NCBI RefSeq assembly: GCF_009914755.1
Contig: NC_060947.1
Reading direction: 5' to 3' (one strand)
Source of the DNA: the human T2T-CHM13v2.0 reference genome, Homo sapiens
Length of the DNA: 64,000 nucleotides
Of this stretch, positions 41,690-54,149 are shown one piece after another; position 1 is the first letter of the stretch; each line of letters starts with the position of its first letter. Below the pieces are notes generated by a model. The model was not told the DNA's origin, did no database searches, and saw only the letters and a program-made list of their open reading frames with translations. The position numbers and the translations under genes were made by a program.

Positions 41690-43450
41690 AGTATTATAAT
41701 TATTGAGCACCTATTCTGTGCCAGGCACTATGTTAAGGATTCAACAGTAAACAAAACATACTTTGCTGTCTCCAGTCTGTAATCAACATGAAGTATGTTG
41801 AGCATAATGATGGAGGTGATGGGGCCTATGGGAGTATACATTAGATTTTGAACAAGTCTGAAGGGTAAAGGGAACCTTTTTGAGAGAGTAATATCTATCT
41901 GAGATTTGAAGAATGGGTTGGGCAAGGAGAGAAGGTGAAAGAAAGAGTGTTTCAAGCCGAATGTATAGCAAATGTGAAGGCCTAAACTACGAGAAAGGGC
42001 ATGGCATGTTCCAGGGACAGAAAGATCAGAGTGCCTGGAGGTTGGAAAATCAGATTGTGCAGACTCTAAAAATAAGGTGATGATTTTGGATGTTATCCAC
42101 TGAAGGGAATTAGTCATGTGAATGTTATTGCATTTACATTTTTTGAAAAACGATCTTTCTGTCTAGTGTGAAGAATGGACTGGAAAAGAAAATGATATGA
42201 TAGAAGCTCTGAGAAGACCTACTTTTAAATTCCATATCAAAGAACATCATATCTGAATTCTCTAATATTGGTAGAAAGGAGAACATTAATGGAATTTAGA
42301 ATTATGAGAGTTACATCAAAGTTGCTTTAGATACCCTCCCCACCCCTGTGATTCTTGAAGGGTAAGATTGGGATACACCTGGAGCCCTCTCTCTTATATC
42401 GGATTTGAGGGTTCTTGTTCCTGGGGCCCAACTCCTTAATCCAAAATACATTAATCTACTTCTGAACTAAGAAATTGAGGAGACAAGATGTAAGTCACTG
42501 TCAAAATTTATTAATTCATTCAATTAATAAAGGTGTCATTCCAGTTATTAAAGATATACCTGTGAACAAGGCAACAAGGTCCCGCTTTCCCTGGACTTAT
42601 ATTCTAGTGAGGGGAGACAAATAAAAAGTATACAATTCCAGATAGAGATAAGTGCTATGTGTATAGTCCTAAGAAGTTAACAGAAAATTGGAAAATGGGC
42701 TTAGCTGGCAGGAACAGAAACAAGGGTAGAGGGGAGTAAATGTTATGAGAAATTAGGCCAACCACAAATGGCTCACTAGCTCCCAAGCATCCTATTACAA
42801 GCACCTGGCTCACAGCCCACCTGCATCCAAGCAGTCTGTCTTCAAGCATTCAGCCTAAGCAGCACCACCTTATAAAACTCCCCTCCAGCCCGTGCCTCTT
42901 GGCAGACAGCCTTCTTTCTTCTGTCTTGCCTTTTGCTCCCTTGCAATGTATCTCCTCCTTTCCTCTAAATAAATCTGCCTTTCTAAACTCATTACTGTCT
43001 TGGTAAATCCCTTTACCATCCATGCACTACCTTCAGATAGTCATTGACCATGACATTATGAAGAAGTACTTAATATGAAGAAATAAGCAATAGAGAGTGA
43101 CTGCCAATGATAGATGGTATTGGATAAACATGTGTTTAGATTCAGTGGTCAGGCAAAGAATCTCTATGGCAATAATACTTGAGCTGTGATCTGGATGAAA
43201 AGAACATTATCCTAGATCAGAGGGCATAGTTTTCTAGGGAGGAAGAATGAAAAGTGAAAGGATCCCTAGGAGAGAATAAGTTGGATGTGTTTAAGGGTCA
43301 GAAAAGTCAACATGGCAGGAGCTTTACAAGGAGAAAAATGGCAGAGTATGAGGTTAAACAGGTATATAGTGGGAACCAGATAATGTCAGATAATGTAAAG
43401 CATTCTAGATAATTGTAAGTATTGGGGGCCAATTATAAGTATGATGGGAA
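41690..43450 (-). mobile_element. Cluster of L2 fragments
   Basis: 'tattgagcacctattctgtgccaggcact', 'attcattcaattaa', 'gataagtgctatg|aagaa' (split by an LTR). Confidence 0.6.
42660..43055 (+). mobile_element. Solo LTR (ERVL, MER73/MER74-like) inserted in L2
   Basis: TG...CA ends, TATA 'cttataaaactcccc', 'aataaatctgcc'. 5-bp TSD ctatg/ttatg. Subfamily uncertain. Confidence 0.7.
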
Positions 43451-44988
43451 ACCCCAACAACTCAATACTAATTAAGCACAATCCTAAATGTACAGATTAC
43501 ATCCACCTAATAGAGCATCATCCACTCTTAACCTGGAATATCTAGCTGATACCTATATCTAGGCAAATTAAGGTCTCTATGAACAATAAAGAGATCAATT
43601 ATTGCCACTTGTGAGTTTAATTTAGCAATAGTGAGAAGTGTGTAATAGGGTTTGGACTGAACTTACACTGACTTCACATAAACTCAAAGAGTAATCAGAG
43701 AGTAGCTATATATACAATCATTTAAAAGCTTGAACTTATGGCTTGGAAATACTTAACAGGCTTCACTTCAGGAAATCCTTGAGAGTAATCACCAGTAGAG
43801 TGAGCAAAGGCATTTGTCTATCAAACGGTGAAATTTCAAAATTATCAAGAATCGGTCTTTAAATTGTTTCCAGATTTTTGGGCATAAAATTATGACTGTT
43901 CAATATGTTTTCTGTACAAAGATAAGACAGCCTATGAGTTTTCATAGCAAAGGCAAATATTATCAAAAAATGAATTCTTAAGAGCTTATTTTGCTTCTGA
44001 ATCAATAAGAAAAAGAACTCTTTTCTTTTGGTTAAAAAGAGTTTGTGACTATAAGCGTCTATATTAAATCATTTTCTTTCTTGAGAGTAATAATAGAGTG
44101 AGTAAGCCAGAATAGAAACAAGTAAAAACCAGAATTTCTTGCAGTTGGAATTGCCATGGCTCTATCTTACATTCTTCAGAAAGTTCACTTCTGTTTAGTC
44201 AGTCATTTAAATGCTCTTTTCCTTACTTGTCTTGATTCTTTTCCATAATGATTATCTTTCATGTGACTGTTAAGCTTCTGCATTGTGACAGTCTAAACTA
44301 GTGTTTTGATAGTTCCCCCTTTCAAAGAAGGCAAAAAGAAGACAACTGTCAAATACATGACAGGAGCAATACAAACTGGGGATACCGTGCCCCATTAAAC
44401 CCAGAAGAGGTTCCATCATATTACCTGATTACTAGTTAATAAGAACTTTTGAAACAACTCATTTGGTAGGCTTTGGGACTGCTTAAACTGGGAGGTTTTA
44501 GTTTGTCCAATATATGCACATATCAGGTACTCAACAAATGCTTGAGTATATAAGCATAAATATGTGCTTATATAAAATAATTAAGTAATAGGAGATTAAG
44601 GTAAATGAGGTTCAACAATGTTAACTAATTTGTCCAATTTTCACAATTAGTACACTTTGGAGCTATAATTTCAGCCCAAGTCTAATTCCAAAATGCATGC
44701 TATCTCCACTACATCATTGATTATCAAATGAGTAAGTGAATAAATGAACAAAACAGAATTTCATAAATGAAAGAATATTTATGACTAGAAATAAAGCGTT
44801 TTCTTTTATAAGTAAAGTTCAGGTGCTCTATTTGACAAACTTAGACATTTAATATATCACAAGCTAAGCACACAAATTACAAGGATTATCTTAAATTATA
44901 AAAAACTCTTGCTCATAACTAAATTTCTGTCAAAAATCAACTTATGCTTCTGTCATTTTTATATCCAAATTAAAAAGAAATATAGAAA

Positions 44989-46898
44989 GTCTCTATTTCT
45001 TCCTGATTTAATCTAGCAGAGTTGTATATTTCCAGAAATTTATCCACCTCTTCTAGACTTCTAGATTTTCTAGTTTGTGCATGTAAAGGTGTTCATAGGA
45101 GCCTTGAATGATCCTTTGTATTTCTGTGGTATAAATTTTAATAATTTCTGTTAATTACAAATAAATGTAATTGAGTTTATTTGAATCTTCTCTCTTCTTT
45201 TCTTGGATAATCTTGCTAATGGTGTATCAATTTTGTTTACCTTTTCAAAGAACTAGCTTTTTGTTTTCTTTACCTTTTGTATTGTTTTTGTTTGTTTGTT
45301 CGTTTCAATTCCATTTAATTCTGCTCTGATCTTTGTTATTTATTTTCTTCTTCTGGGTTTGAGTTTGGTTTGTTCTTGTTTCTCTAGTTCCTTGATGTGT
45401 GACATTAGGTTGTCTATTTGTGCTCTTTCGGACATTTTGATTTAGGCATTTAATCCTGTGAACTTTCCTCTTGATACCATTTTTGCTGTATCCCAGAGGT
45501 TTTGATAGGTTGTGCTAATATTATTGTTCAGCTCAAAGAATTTTTTTAGATTTCCATCTTGATTTCATTTGTAACCCAAAAATCATTCAAGAACAGGTTA
45601 TTTTATTTCCATGTATTTGTATAGTTTTGAGGGTTTCTTTTGGAGTTAATTTCCAGTTTTATTCTACCGTGGAATAAAATTAACACTTGATATAGTTTCC
45701 AGTTTTATTCCATTGTGGTCTGAAATGATACTTGATATAATTTTGATTTTCTTAAATATATTAAGACTTGTTTTGTGGCCTATCGTATTGTATATCTTGG
45801 AGGATGTTCCGTGTGCTGGTGAAAAGAATGTATATTCTGCACTTGTTGGGTAGAATGTTCTATAAATATCTGTTAAGTCCATTTGTTCTAGGGTATAGTT
45901 TAAGCCCATTGTTTCTTTGTTGACTTTCTGTCTTGACTACCTGTCTAGTGCTGTCAGTGGACTATTGGAGTCTCCCACTATTATTATGTTGCTGTCTATC
46001 TCATTTCTTAGGTCTAGTAGTAATTGTTTAATGAATTTGGGAGCTCCCGAGTTAGGTGCATATATTTTTAGGATGGTTATATTTTCCTGTTGGGCTAATC
46101 CTTTTATCATTATACAATGTCTGTCTTTGTCCTTTTTTACTGTTGTTGCTTTAAAGTCTATTTTTTTTTTCGAATATAAGAATAGCTACTCCTGCATGCT
46201 TTTGGTTTTCATTTGGGTGGAATATCTTTTTCCACTCCTTTACCTTAAGTTTATGTGAGTCCTTATGTGTTAGGTGGGTCTCCAGAAGTTAGCAGATACT
46301 TGCTTGGTGGACTTTTATCCATTCTGCCAGTCTGTGTCTTTAAAATGGGGTGCTTAGGTCATATACATTCAACGTTAGTATTGAGATGTGAGGCACTGTT
46401 CTATTCATCATGTTAGTTGTTGCCTAAATACCTTGGTTTTTTTTTTTCATTGTGTTATTGTTTTATAGGCCCTGTGAGTTTTATGCTTTAAGGAGCTTCT
46501 ATTTTGGTGTATTTTGAGGTTTTGCTTACAGATTTAGAAGTCTTTTTAGCATTTCTTGTAGTGCCAGTTTGGTAGTCCATTTGTAGCTACTTGGATGGAG
46601 TTGGAGACAATTATTCTAAGTGAAGTAACTCAGGAATGGAAAGCCAAATATCTTATGTTCTCACTTATAAGTGAGAACTAAACTATGAGGATGCAAAGGC
46701 ATAAGAATGATACAATGGACTTTGGGGACTCAGGGACAAGGATGGGAGTGGGGTAAGGGACAAAAGCCTATACCTTGGGCACAGTGTCCACTGCTTGGTT
46801 GATGGCATCACCAAAATCTCAGAAATCACCACGAAAGAACTCCATGTAACCAAAAACCACCTGTTCCCTAAAAGCTATTGAATTAATTTTTTAAAAAA
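44989..46898 (+). mobile_element. L1PB-type element with 5' inversion: antisense ORF1-end/ORF2 endonuclease region (44989-~46576) + sense 3' end
   Basis: Minus ORF 45664-45909 DLTDIYRTFYP..SDHNGIKLE is L1 endonuclease. Sense L1PB 3'UTR 'ggcataagaatgatacaatggactttggggactc'. Confidence 0.85.
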
Positions 46899-47188
46899 GG
46901 AAGGGTGCAAAACAAAGACACAAGTGATCAGAATAAATTTTTAAAGTCTGCTGTTAGCCATTGCTTCAAAACACGCAGAACATAGTATATTTGATTGTAT
47001 ATTGCAAACTATACAGATATTTCTACAAATATACAGTTTCATAAAACTTTGTCATACTATTCACTATTTGAGCATAATACTTTTCATTCATGTGCATCTT
47101 CATATATAATATATTCAATTAGATTTGCAGTTGATGTTTTACAAGTTTAATTGTCTGTGTCTATACTTGATTGTTTATCTTTGTGTCC

Positions 47189-47737
47189 TGTCATAATTTC
47201 AAATGATTGGGGACTGATCAAAGAGTACGATATGACCACAGGTACAGTAAAACAAACATTGGGTGACATTTACACAGGGCTGCAAGAGGGAGGAACTCCC
47301 TCACAGCAGGAGTCTCTCTACAGACTGTGGTGAAGGGGGCTGTCTCATCAGAAGGGGAGAAGAACAAGGAACTCCCAGGGGAGAAGGGGATCAGGGAGTG
47401 GGCTTATGTGTTTAGGTTATATTACTCAGAAACATGGTGGGGAGTTACTGGGTCAGAGACTCCTAAGGACCCACCGCAGCTTGGAGTTTTATAACCAGAA
47501 GGCTCTATCTTATCACTGGTGAGCACATGTGGGGTAAGGTTTCATAGGGTATGCAAATAAGGTGGGCTCCAAATTGCTAAAAATCTGCTTTTGGAGATAA
47601 TTTTTAAAATAGTTGGATGTATAAAAATTTGAATTTGGTGTTGGTGGGCTTATGAGCTAATGGGTTTTATCCTTCAGTGAAGAAATAACATAGGGGCCAA
47701 TATACAGAGGCCATCTTTGGCTCGTTCTGTCTGTAAA
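47189..47737 (-). mobile_element. Solo LTR, MER89-like
   Basis: Right end rc reads 'gagccaaagatggcctctgtatattggcccctatgttatttcttcac'. Left end 'tgtca'. Family from memory. Confidence 0.55.
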
Positions 47738-48050
47738 ATAATGGTAAAATATTTGTGTATATTCATAGTTGCTACTTATGAGTTTTCATGGTTTCAATTT
47801 CAATATCCCTACATATACACATATGTGGCTATTTAGAGAATACAGTCAGATGTAGTCACATTCTCAAAGTCTTCATACCTAAATAAAAAATAAGTGATTC
47901 AAACTAAAGGACATCTTTAGTATAGTAAAAATTTCCAGTGATTTGAAAAACATAATTGTATTATTTATGATATAAGCAGTCATGTAAGTTCAGTTTCAAA
48001 GACAATGGTTTTGACATGAACCATATATACACACTTATGTATTTAAAGTA

Positions 48051-48455
48051 CAGTTGACCTTTGAACAACATGAGCTTGAACTTCAGGGGTCCACTCATAC
48101 ATTGATTTCTGCATCTGTCACCCCTGAGACAGTAAGACAAAGTTCTTCTCTTCCTCCTCCTCCTCAGCCTACTCAAGATGAGGAGGATGAAGATCTTTAT
48201 GATAATCTACTTCCACTTAATTAACAGTAAATATATTTTCTTTATGATTTCCTTAATAACATTTTCTTTCCCCTAGCTTCCTTTTTTGTAATAAAACAGT
48301 ATATAATACATATAACACACAAAATGTGTGTCAATCGACTGTCTATGTTATCAGTAAGGTTATTGGTCAACAATAGGCTATTAGTAGTTAATATTTTGGG
48401 AAGTCAAAAGTCATATTTGGATTTCTGACTGTGCAGGAAAGGTCAGTGCTTCTAA
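48051..48455 (+). mobile_element. Tigger2a (MER28) lacking its right TIR
   Basis: TA+'cagttgacctttgaacaacatg' left TIR and internal 'cctcctcctcagcctactcaa'. Stops at 'ggtcagtgcttctaa', about 25 nt before the expected TIR. Confidence 0.85.
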
Positions 48456-50543
48456 TTTTCTTTTTTTTTCAGTAGACAATGATGTCGTTTATTTAAAATG
48501 TTTACTCCAAGAAATATATATATAAAAAAATAAGACAATTACAGCACTAAACCAGGCACCTTCGACCAAATCACAACCTCCTCTTTGATTCCCCTTCACA
48601 CTAAGCCTCTTTCAAATTCTTTTTCCTGAGCTGGAAGACCAGTCAGATGCCCGCAGGGTCGCGCCAAGCACGTTCCCAGCCGGACAACTGTGTACCTTTC
48701 TCTAGGAGTGCGTGACACCCTTCCCCCACAACTCCTTGTTTTAAAGGATTTAACCTATTAGGAAGCCCATTTTTCAATCTAAGCCAGAAGGAGGTGCGGG
48801 ACAAGGCAGTCTTCACTTTGAAGGTCCTTTTCCTGCTCCAGTCCCTGGGCTAGGGTTCTAGAAGAGGCTGGCTGCCGGATTTACATGAGGCCACCGAAGA
48901 TCCGAGTCCAGCTCCGCCCAGGGCGGCTCCTGCAAAGGCTGGGACCTCGGGTGGTGCGTCCTCAACCCTCTCGGTGACCACGACTCAAAGGAGAGACCTC
49001 AAGGGTGCCAGGAGCACAGGTGTCTGGGCTGCATTCCAGGAAAGAGACTTCTCCAGGGAAATGGATCAGGCTGTCACATGGAAGCTTGAGTCAGAGATGG
49101 TGGTTATGGGGTGATTTGGACAAATTAGGTTAGTTTAGCAAAGCTCTGAAGTAGCAGAAGCTTCTCCCCTGGACTACTGATTGAACACAGAACAAGAGAT
49201 GTGCGTGGCGTCAGACTAAGTCTTAGAGAGATGCAGGCCAGTCTCCTCCCACAGGGCCTTGGGACTGGCAGGACAGATACTGCTACATGCCCTCCAAGGG
49301 CAGGAGTCACGGTAAGGAGCGACTGGGGTGGAAAATAGGGAAAAAAGCAACAACAACTAGATCATTTTTGGCATTTTAACATGGAGACAGTGACAAGTGG
49401 TAACAATAGCAAAAGAAAAAAAAAAAAACTTGAAGAGACCAATAATTAACTTTCCCATCCACCCAAGTCTCACACTTAAGTTCTAGTCCCATCTCCCCCA
49501 TAAGCACCACTGAACTAAATATCTATTTTAAAGCACCCAAACCAGTCCAGACCCTCTGGAAACCAAGAGCCCCAGCCACAGCTGTCGCCTCTCTTGGGTC
49601 CGGGCGAGAGGAGGGTTCCGGGAAAGGCACCTCATAACTCAATCAGCGCAGCACACACGGCGGCGGCGAGCTCGGGCACAGGCACTTGACGGGGACGCGG
49701 GTGGCAGTCACAGCATCTGTGCTGACACGCGAGGAAGGGGACTCTTCGGTAATCCCAACTATTTGGTACCAGAGCCAAGCAAACGTGACTAAAGGGAGCT
49801 GGGTCAGCAGAACGGTACCCCGAGTCTCAGCAACAGGACGGCCCGCGCGAGGCAGGATCCAAGCAGGGGAGAAAAAGAGACCAAAGCACAAGGCGATCGA
49901 GGCTGGCACAGAAAAGGCTGATCCTTCTTGCAAGGACTGGAGAATGCATTTGACTGCTGGCTGATCAATCTCTAATTGGCGAGTGCGCGTCACAAGGCTC
50001 AGCCCTGGCTCCACAGGGAGCCACGAAGCTGACTTAACTGATACAAATGTTCCCACCTCTGCCCCACCCCCAAGTCCCCATGGTTCCACCATCACCTGAT
50101 TTTCATTTGGACTTCTTTAACAGCTAAAGTAGATATAAATGGCTAAACACAGATCCCCAATCCCCCACCAGGCGGGACACGGCCAATTCTATAATGTTGC
50201 AGCCAGAAGGCTGTGGGCTTACAGGCAGCCAAGGGGAGAAACAGAACCCACACCGGCCCAGGCCGATCTGCAAGAAAAAGTGGGAAAGGAGTGACTCGGA
50301 TGCTTCCGAAGCACGCGAGCGTGATTTTGGATGGAGGCCGGCGGGCGACTTTGCCTAGCTGCTGCCGGTTCCTGTAAGGGACATTTTTTTCTGAGTAAAT
50401 GGCGATTCCTCTTTCATGTAGCATCTGCTTGGATCACGATGCTAATTGTAACTGGAAAGGGGTGTTTTGGGGAGTGTATTCAGGAGAGGAAGAAAGAAAA
50501 AAAAAAACCTAGATTGCTCAAAGTTTCTGCCTCTTTTATAGGA
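48456..50543 (-). pseudogene. Processed retrocopy of an mRNA 3'UTR, recognised as RCC2 3'UTR (5'-truncated, no CDS)
   Basis: Poly(A) remnant 48456-48469, AATAAA at 48488-48493 on minus strand, abrupt GC/CpG rise, no introns. 'aaaagaggcagaaactttgagcaatctagg...ctcctgaatacactccccaaaacacccc...caattagcatcgtgatccaagcagatg' matches my recollection of the RCC2 3'UTR. Retrocopy status is firm, parent identity needs BLAT. Confidence 0.75.
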
Positions 50544-50586
50544 CGTAGAGCACACATTTTTCCCTTAAAAAATATGTTTTTGCTAT

Positions 50587-50896
50587 TGTGAACACTGCTG
50601 CAATAAACATACGTGTGCATGTGTCTTTATAGCAGCATGATTTATAATCGTTTGGGTATATACCCAGTAATGGGATTGCTGGGTCAAATGGTATTTCTGG
50701 TTCAAGATCCCTGAGGAATCGCCACACTGACTTCCACAAGGGGAGAGGGATAGCATTAGGAGGTAAACCTAATGTTAAATGACAAGTTAATGGGTGCAGC
50801 ACACCAACATGGCACATGTATACATATGTAACTAACCTGCACGTTGTGCACATGTACCCTAAAACTTGAAGTATAATAAAAATAAAAAATAAATAA
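50587..50896 (+). mobile_element. Short L1PA (PA3-5-like) with 5' inversion
   Basis: Antisense ORF2 end 50587-50739, then sense 3'UTR 50740-50896 with A tail. TSD aaaatatgtttttgctat / aagatatgttttgctat. Confidence 0.9.
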
Positions 50897-50906
50897 AGAT
50901 ATGTTT

Positions 50907-51243
50907 TGCTATGGATTGAATATTTGTCCGCTCCGAAATTCATGTTGAAATGTGAGTTGTAACATACTAAGTAATGTACGTTGTAACAGTACTAAGAGGT
51001 GGGATTTTTAAGAGGTGATTAGACCACCAGGTCTCTGCCCTCATGGGTGGAATTTATGCCATTATTAAAGAGTGAATTTGGCCCTCTCTTGCTTTCTTTT
51101 GCCCTCACGAAAGCTTTCATGAGATGTGAGCCTCCAATCATGGACTTCCCAGCCTTCAGAACTATGAGCCAATAAATTTCTGTTCATTGTCAATTACTCG
51201 GTCTGTGATATTTTGTTATAGCAGCACAAAGAACCCTAAGACA
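50907..51243 (+). mobile_element. MST (MSTD-like) MaLR solo LTR
   Basis: 'tgctatggattgaatatttgtcc...ggacttcccagccttcagaact...aataaatttctg...ctaagaca'. 5-bp TSD tgttt. Confidence 0.85.
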
Positions 51244-51716
51244 TGTTTCAACAGAGCAATTTTTAGGGAAATGGAGGAATCAGAGAATAAGGGTGAAATA
51301 TGTATCTAGACTGGTTGAAATTTGTTTCATCAGTAAAATCCTTTTAGCTACATACACATGGTCAAGAGTCTCTCAGTTTATAGTACTGGCCCCTTGTACC
51401 AGTGTAGAATGATGATAACTTGTTTCAAGAAGCCCTACCACCTCGTATTACACACCTTTTGCTTTAGGTACTAATCTTCACTTCCCAAAACACCAGTACT
51501 CTTATATTCCACCACAAAGCATCCTACTTAGGATTCCCAGTATTTTAGTGTTGACTCTTGTTTCTCACCTCTATCAAAACATGCTTTTCATAAATATCAT
51601 GCCTTTGAGAACCTAAGCGAATAGTTTCTCTAATGAACTCATCCAAGTTTAAGCACTAATGGCTTAAAGTTTATCCCTCTTTAATAACATTGTGTTTTCT
51701 TTAAGTACTTACATCA

Positions 51717-52010
<294 letters not shown>

Positions 52011-52860
52011 TCAGGAGAAAGGTCTCTCAAAATATACCATTTGATTTACTGTCTGTTTCATCTATGCCTAAAGAAATGCCATTTAATCAAATAGCTAGAG
52101 GAGTAAGTTCAAGGAATCTCTAAAATAATTTCCTCTCAATTGTATTAAAACATATATTTAAAAGTCATATACTCTAATGTATATATAGTATTGATTTATG
52201 GTGCTATAGTGGAAACGAAATAAATGTCCAAATATAGGGTATTGGGAAAATAAATTACCAATCAGTCATACAGTGTGAAACAATGTAGACATTAGAGGTG
52301 GTATAAAAGCATATTTATTGATATGAAAATATGGTCATATGAAATTATTAAAAAGTGACAAGTCAGCTTATAAACCAATGCATGTATCATATTTTTAGAA
52401 ACACACACACCCCTAAAAAATAATGTTAATATCTCCATATAGTGGGTTTATAGGCAATTTTTTATTATCTCCTTTTTGCTTGTCTGCATTTTCTAACTTT
52501 TTAGATCAAAAGAACGTGTATTTCTTTTTATAATAAAGTTTTTTTTAAAAATTAGTAACTGATACATTCCTTTAAGCAGACAACCATGAGTAATTTAAGA
52601 ACAAGGTACTCATTAACATATCTTCAACAGCTAGCCTGACACCTAGAACACAGTAGATAATTAAGGTTTTTAATCAAAGGTAAACCACGCAAGCGATTGG
52701 GTTTCAGATTAATCAATTCTATAGGACTAGAATTTTAGCAGTGTAGTCAATGTATCCTGCTCTCTTATCCATTCCTTTTGAAAAGCTTTAGGTTGGGCTT
52801 CAAAATTTCATTCAGAAACCATCATATGGTTATGAAGTATATTTGATATAAAATATACAA

Positions 52861-53503
52861 CTAATTCGGTGAAGAAAGTCCATGGTAGCTTGATGGGGAT
52901 AGCATTGAATCTATACAATTGGAGAAGACAGTGTGGCAATTCCTCAAGGATCTAGAACCAGAAATACCATTTGACCCAGCAATCTCATTACTGGGTATAT
53001 ACCCAAAGGATTCTAAATCATTCTACTATAAAGACACATGCACACATATGTTTATTGCAACACTATTCACAATAGCAAAGACCTGGAACCAACCCAAATG
53101 CCCATCAATTATAGACTAGATAAAGAAATTGTGGCACATATACACTATAGAATACTATGCAGCCATAAAAAAAGATGAGTTCATGTCCTTTGCAGGGACA
53201 TGGATGAAGCTGGAAACCATCATTCTCAGCAAACTAACACAGGAACAGAAAACCAAACACTGCATGTTCTCACTTAGTTCTCACTAAGTGGGAGTTGAAC
53301 AATGAGAACACATGGACACAGGGAGAGGAACATCACACACCGGGGCCTGTTGAGGGGTGGGGGGCTAGGGGAGGGATAGTATTAGGAGAAATACCTAATG
53401 TAGATGACAGGTTGATGGGTGCAGCAAACCACCATGGCACGTGTATACCTTTGTAACACACCTGCACCTTCTGCACATGTATCCCAGAATTTAAAGTATA
53501 ATA
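52861..53503 (+). mobile_element. L1PA7/8-like 3' end with ~60-bp inverted 5' segment
   Basis: 52861-52920 'ctaattcggtgaagaaagtccatggtagcttgatggggatagcattgaatctata' is antisense ORF2. Sense from 'gaagacagtgtggcaattcc' to 'aaagtataataa'. Confidence 0.88.
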
Positions 53504-54149
53504 AATGCATATGTATTAAATTACATATTTTAGAGGCTACTTCATAATGCCCTAATAACTTAATTTCTTGAAAGGTTTCACATAGCAAAACTATTTCCTT
53601 GTAATTATGTTATAAAAATGTTCTCAGCTTAAATAACATCCATCTCCACTCCACTTCAGTCCTCATCTTATACTTAACCATTGCATGGAATTTCCTGGTT
53701 GCTCTAACTGTGTTCCTCCTAGTTTTCTGATTGTTTCCTATTATCATGTTTTAATAACTTCCTCAATACCTTATTGGCCTCACCATGCATCAGGAATCCT
53801 ATTTTCAAATGCTTCAACTGAATTCTTACCAATTCCCTGAACCTCTCAACTCCTTTATCCTTGTATTATACCTACCATGCTGAACCCCAACCCTGAATTA
53901 ACCCAACCAACCATTTTCTTGAATCTCCTTCCCAGTTTATGCAAGTTGCTTCAAGAAAGACACATCACCAACCTGATTAGGTACATTAAATATTCATGAT
54001 CTAAAATTTCAACTGAGACCCCACTTTTAATCATTTCTTTTCATTTCTAAATAATTACCTCCTTACTGAATCCACTGCAGCAACTAATATAAAACTTTTC
54101 TGTTCCCCTCAATCTCTGCAAACTGAGTATTCTACACTTATTGCATACT

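Noticed and set aside
49643-50424. 150-aa, 92-aa and 93-aa ORFs in the retrocopy
   Set aside because: They derive from 3'UTR sequence and show no RCC1-repeat or other domain character.
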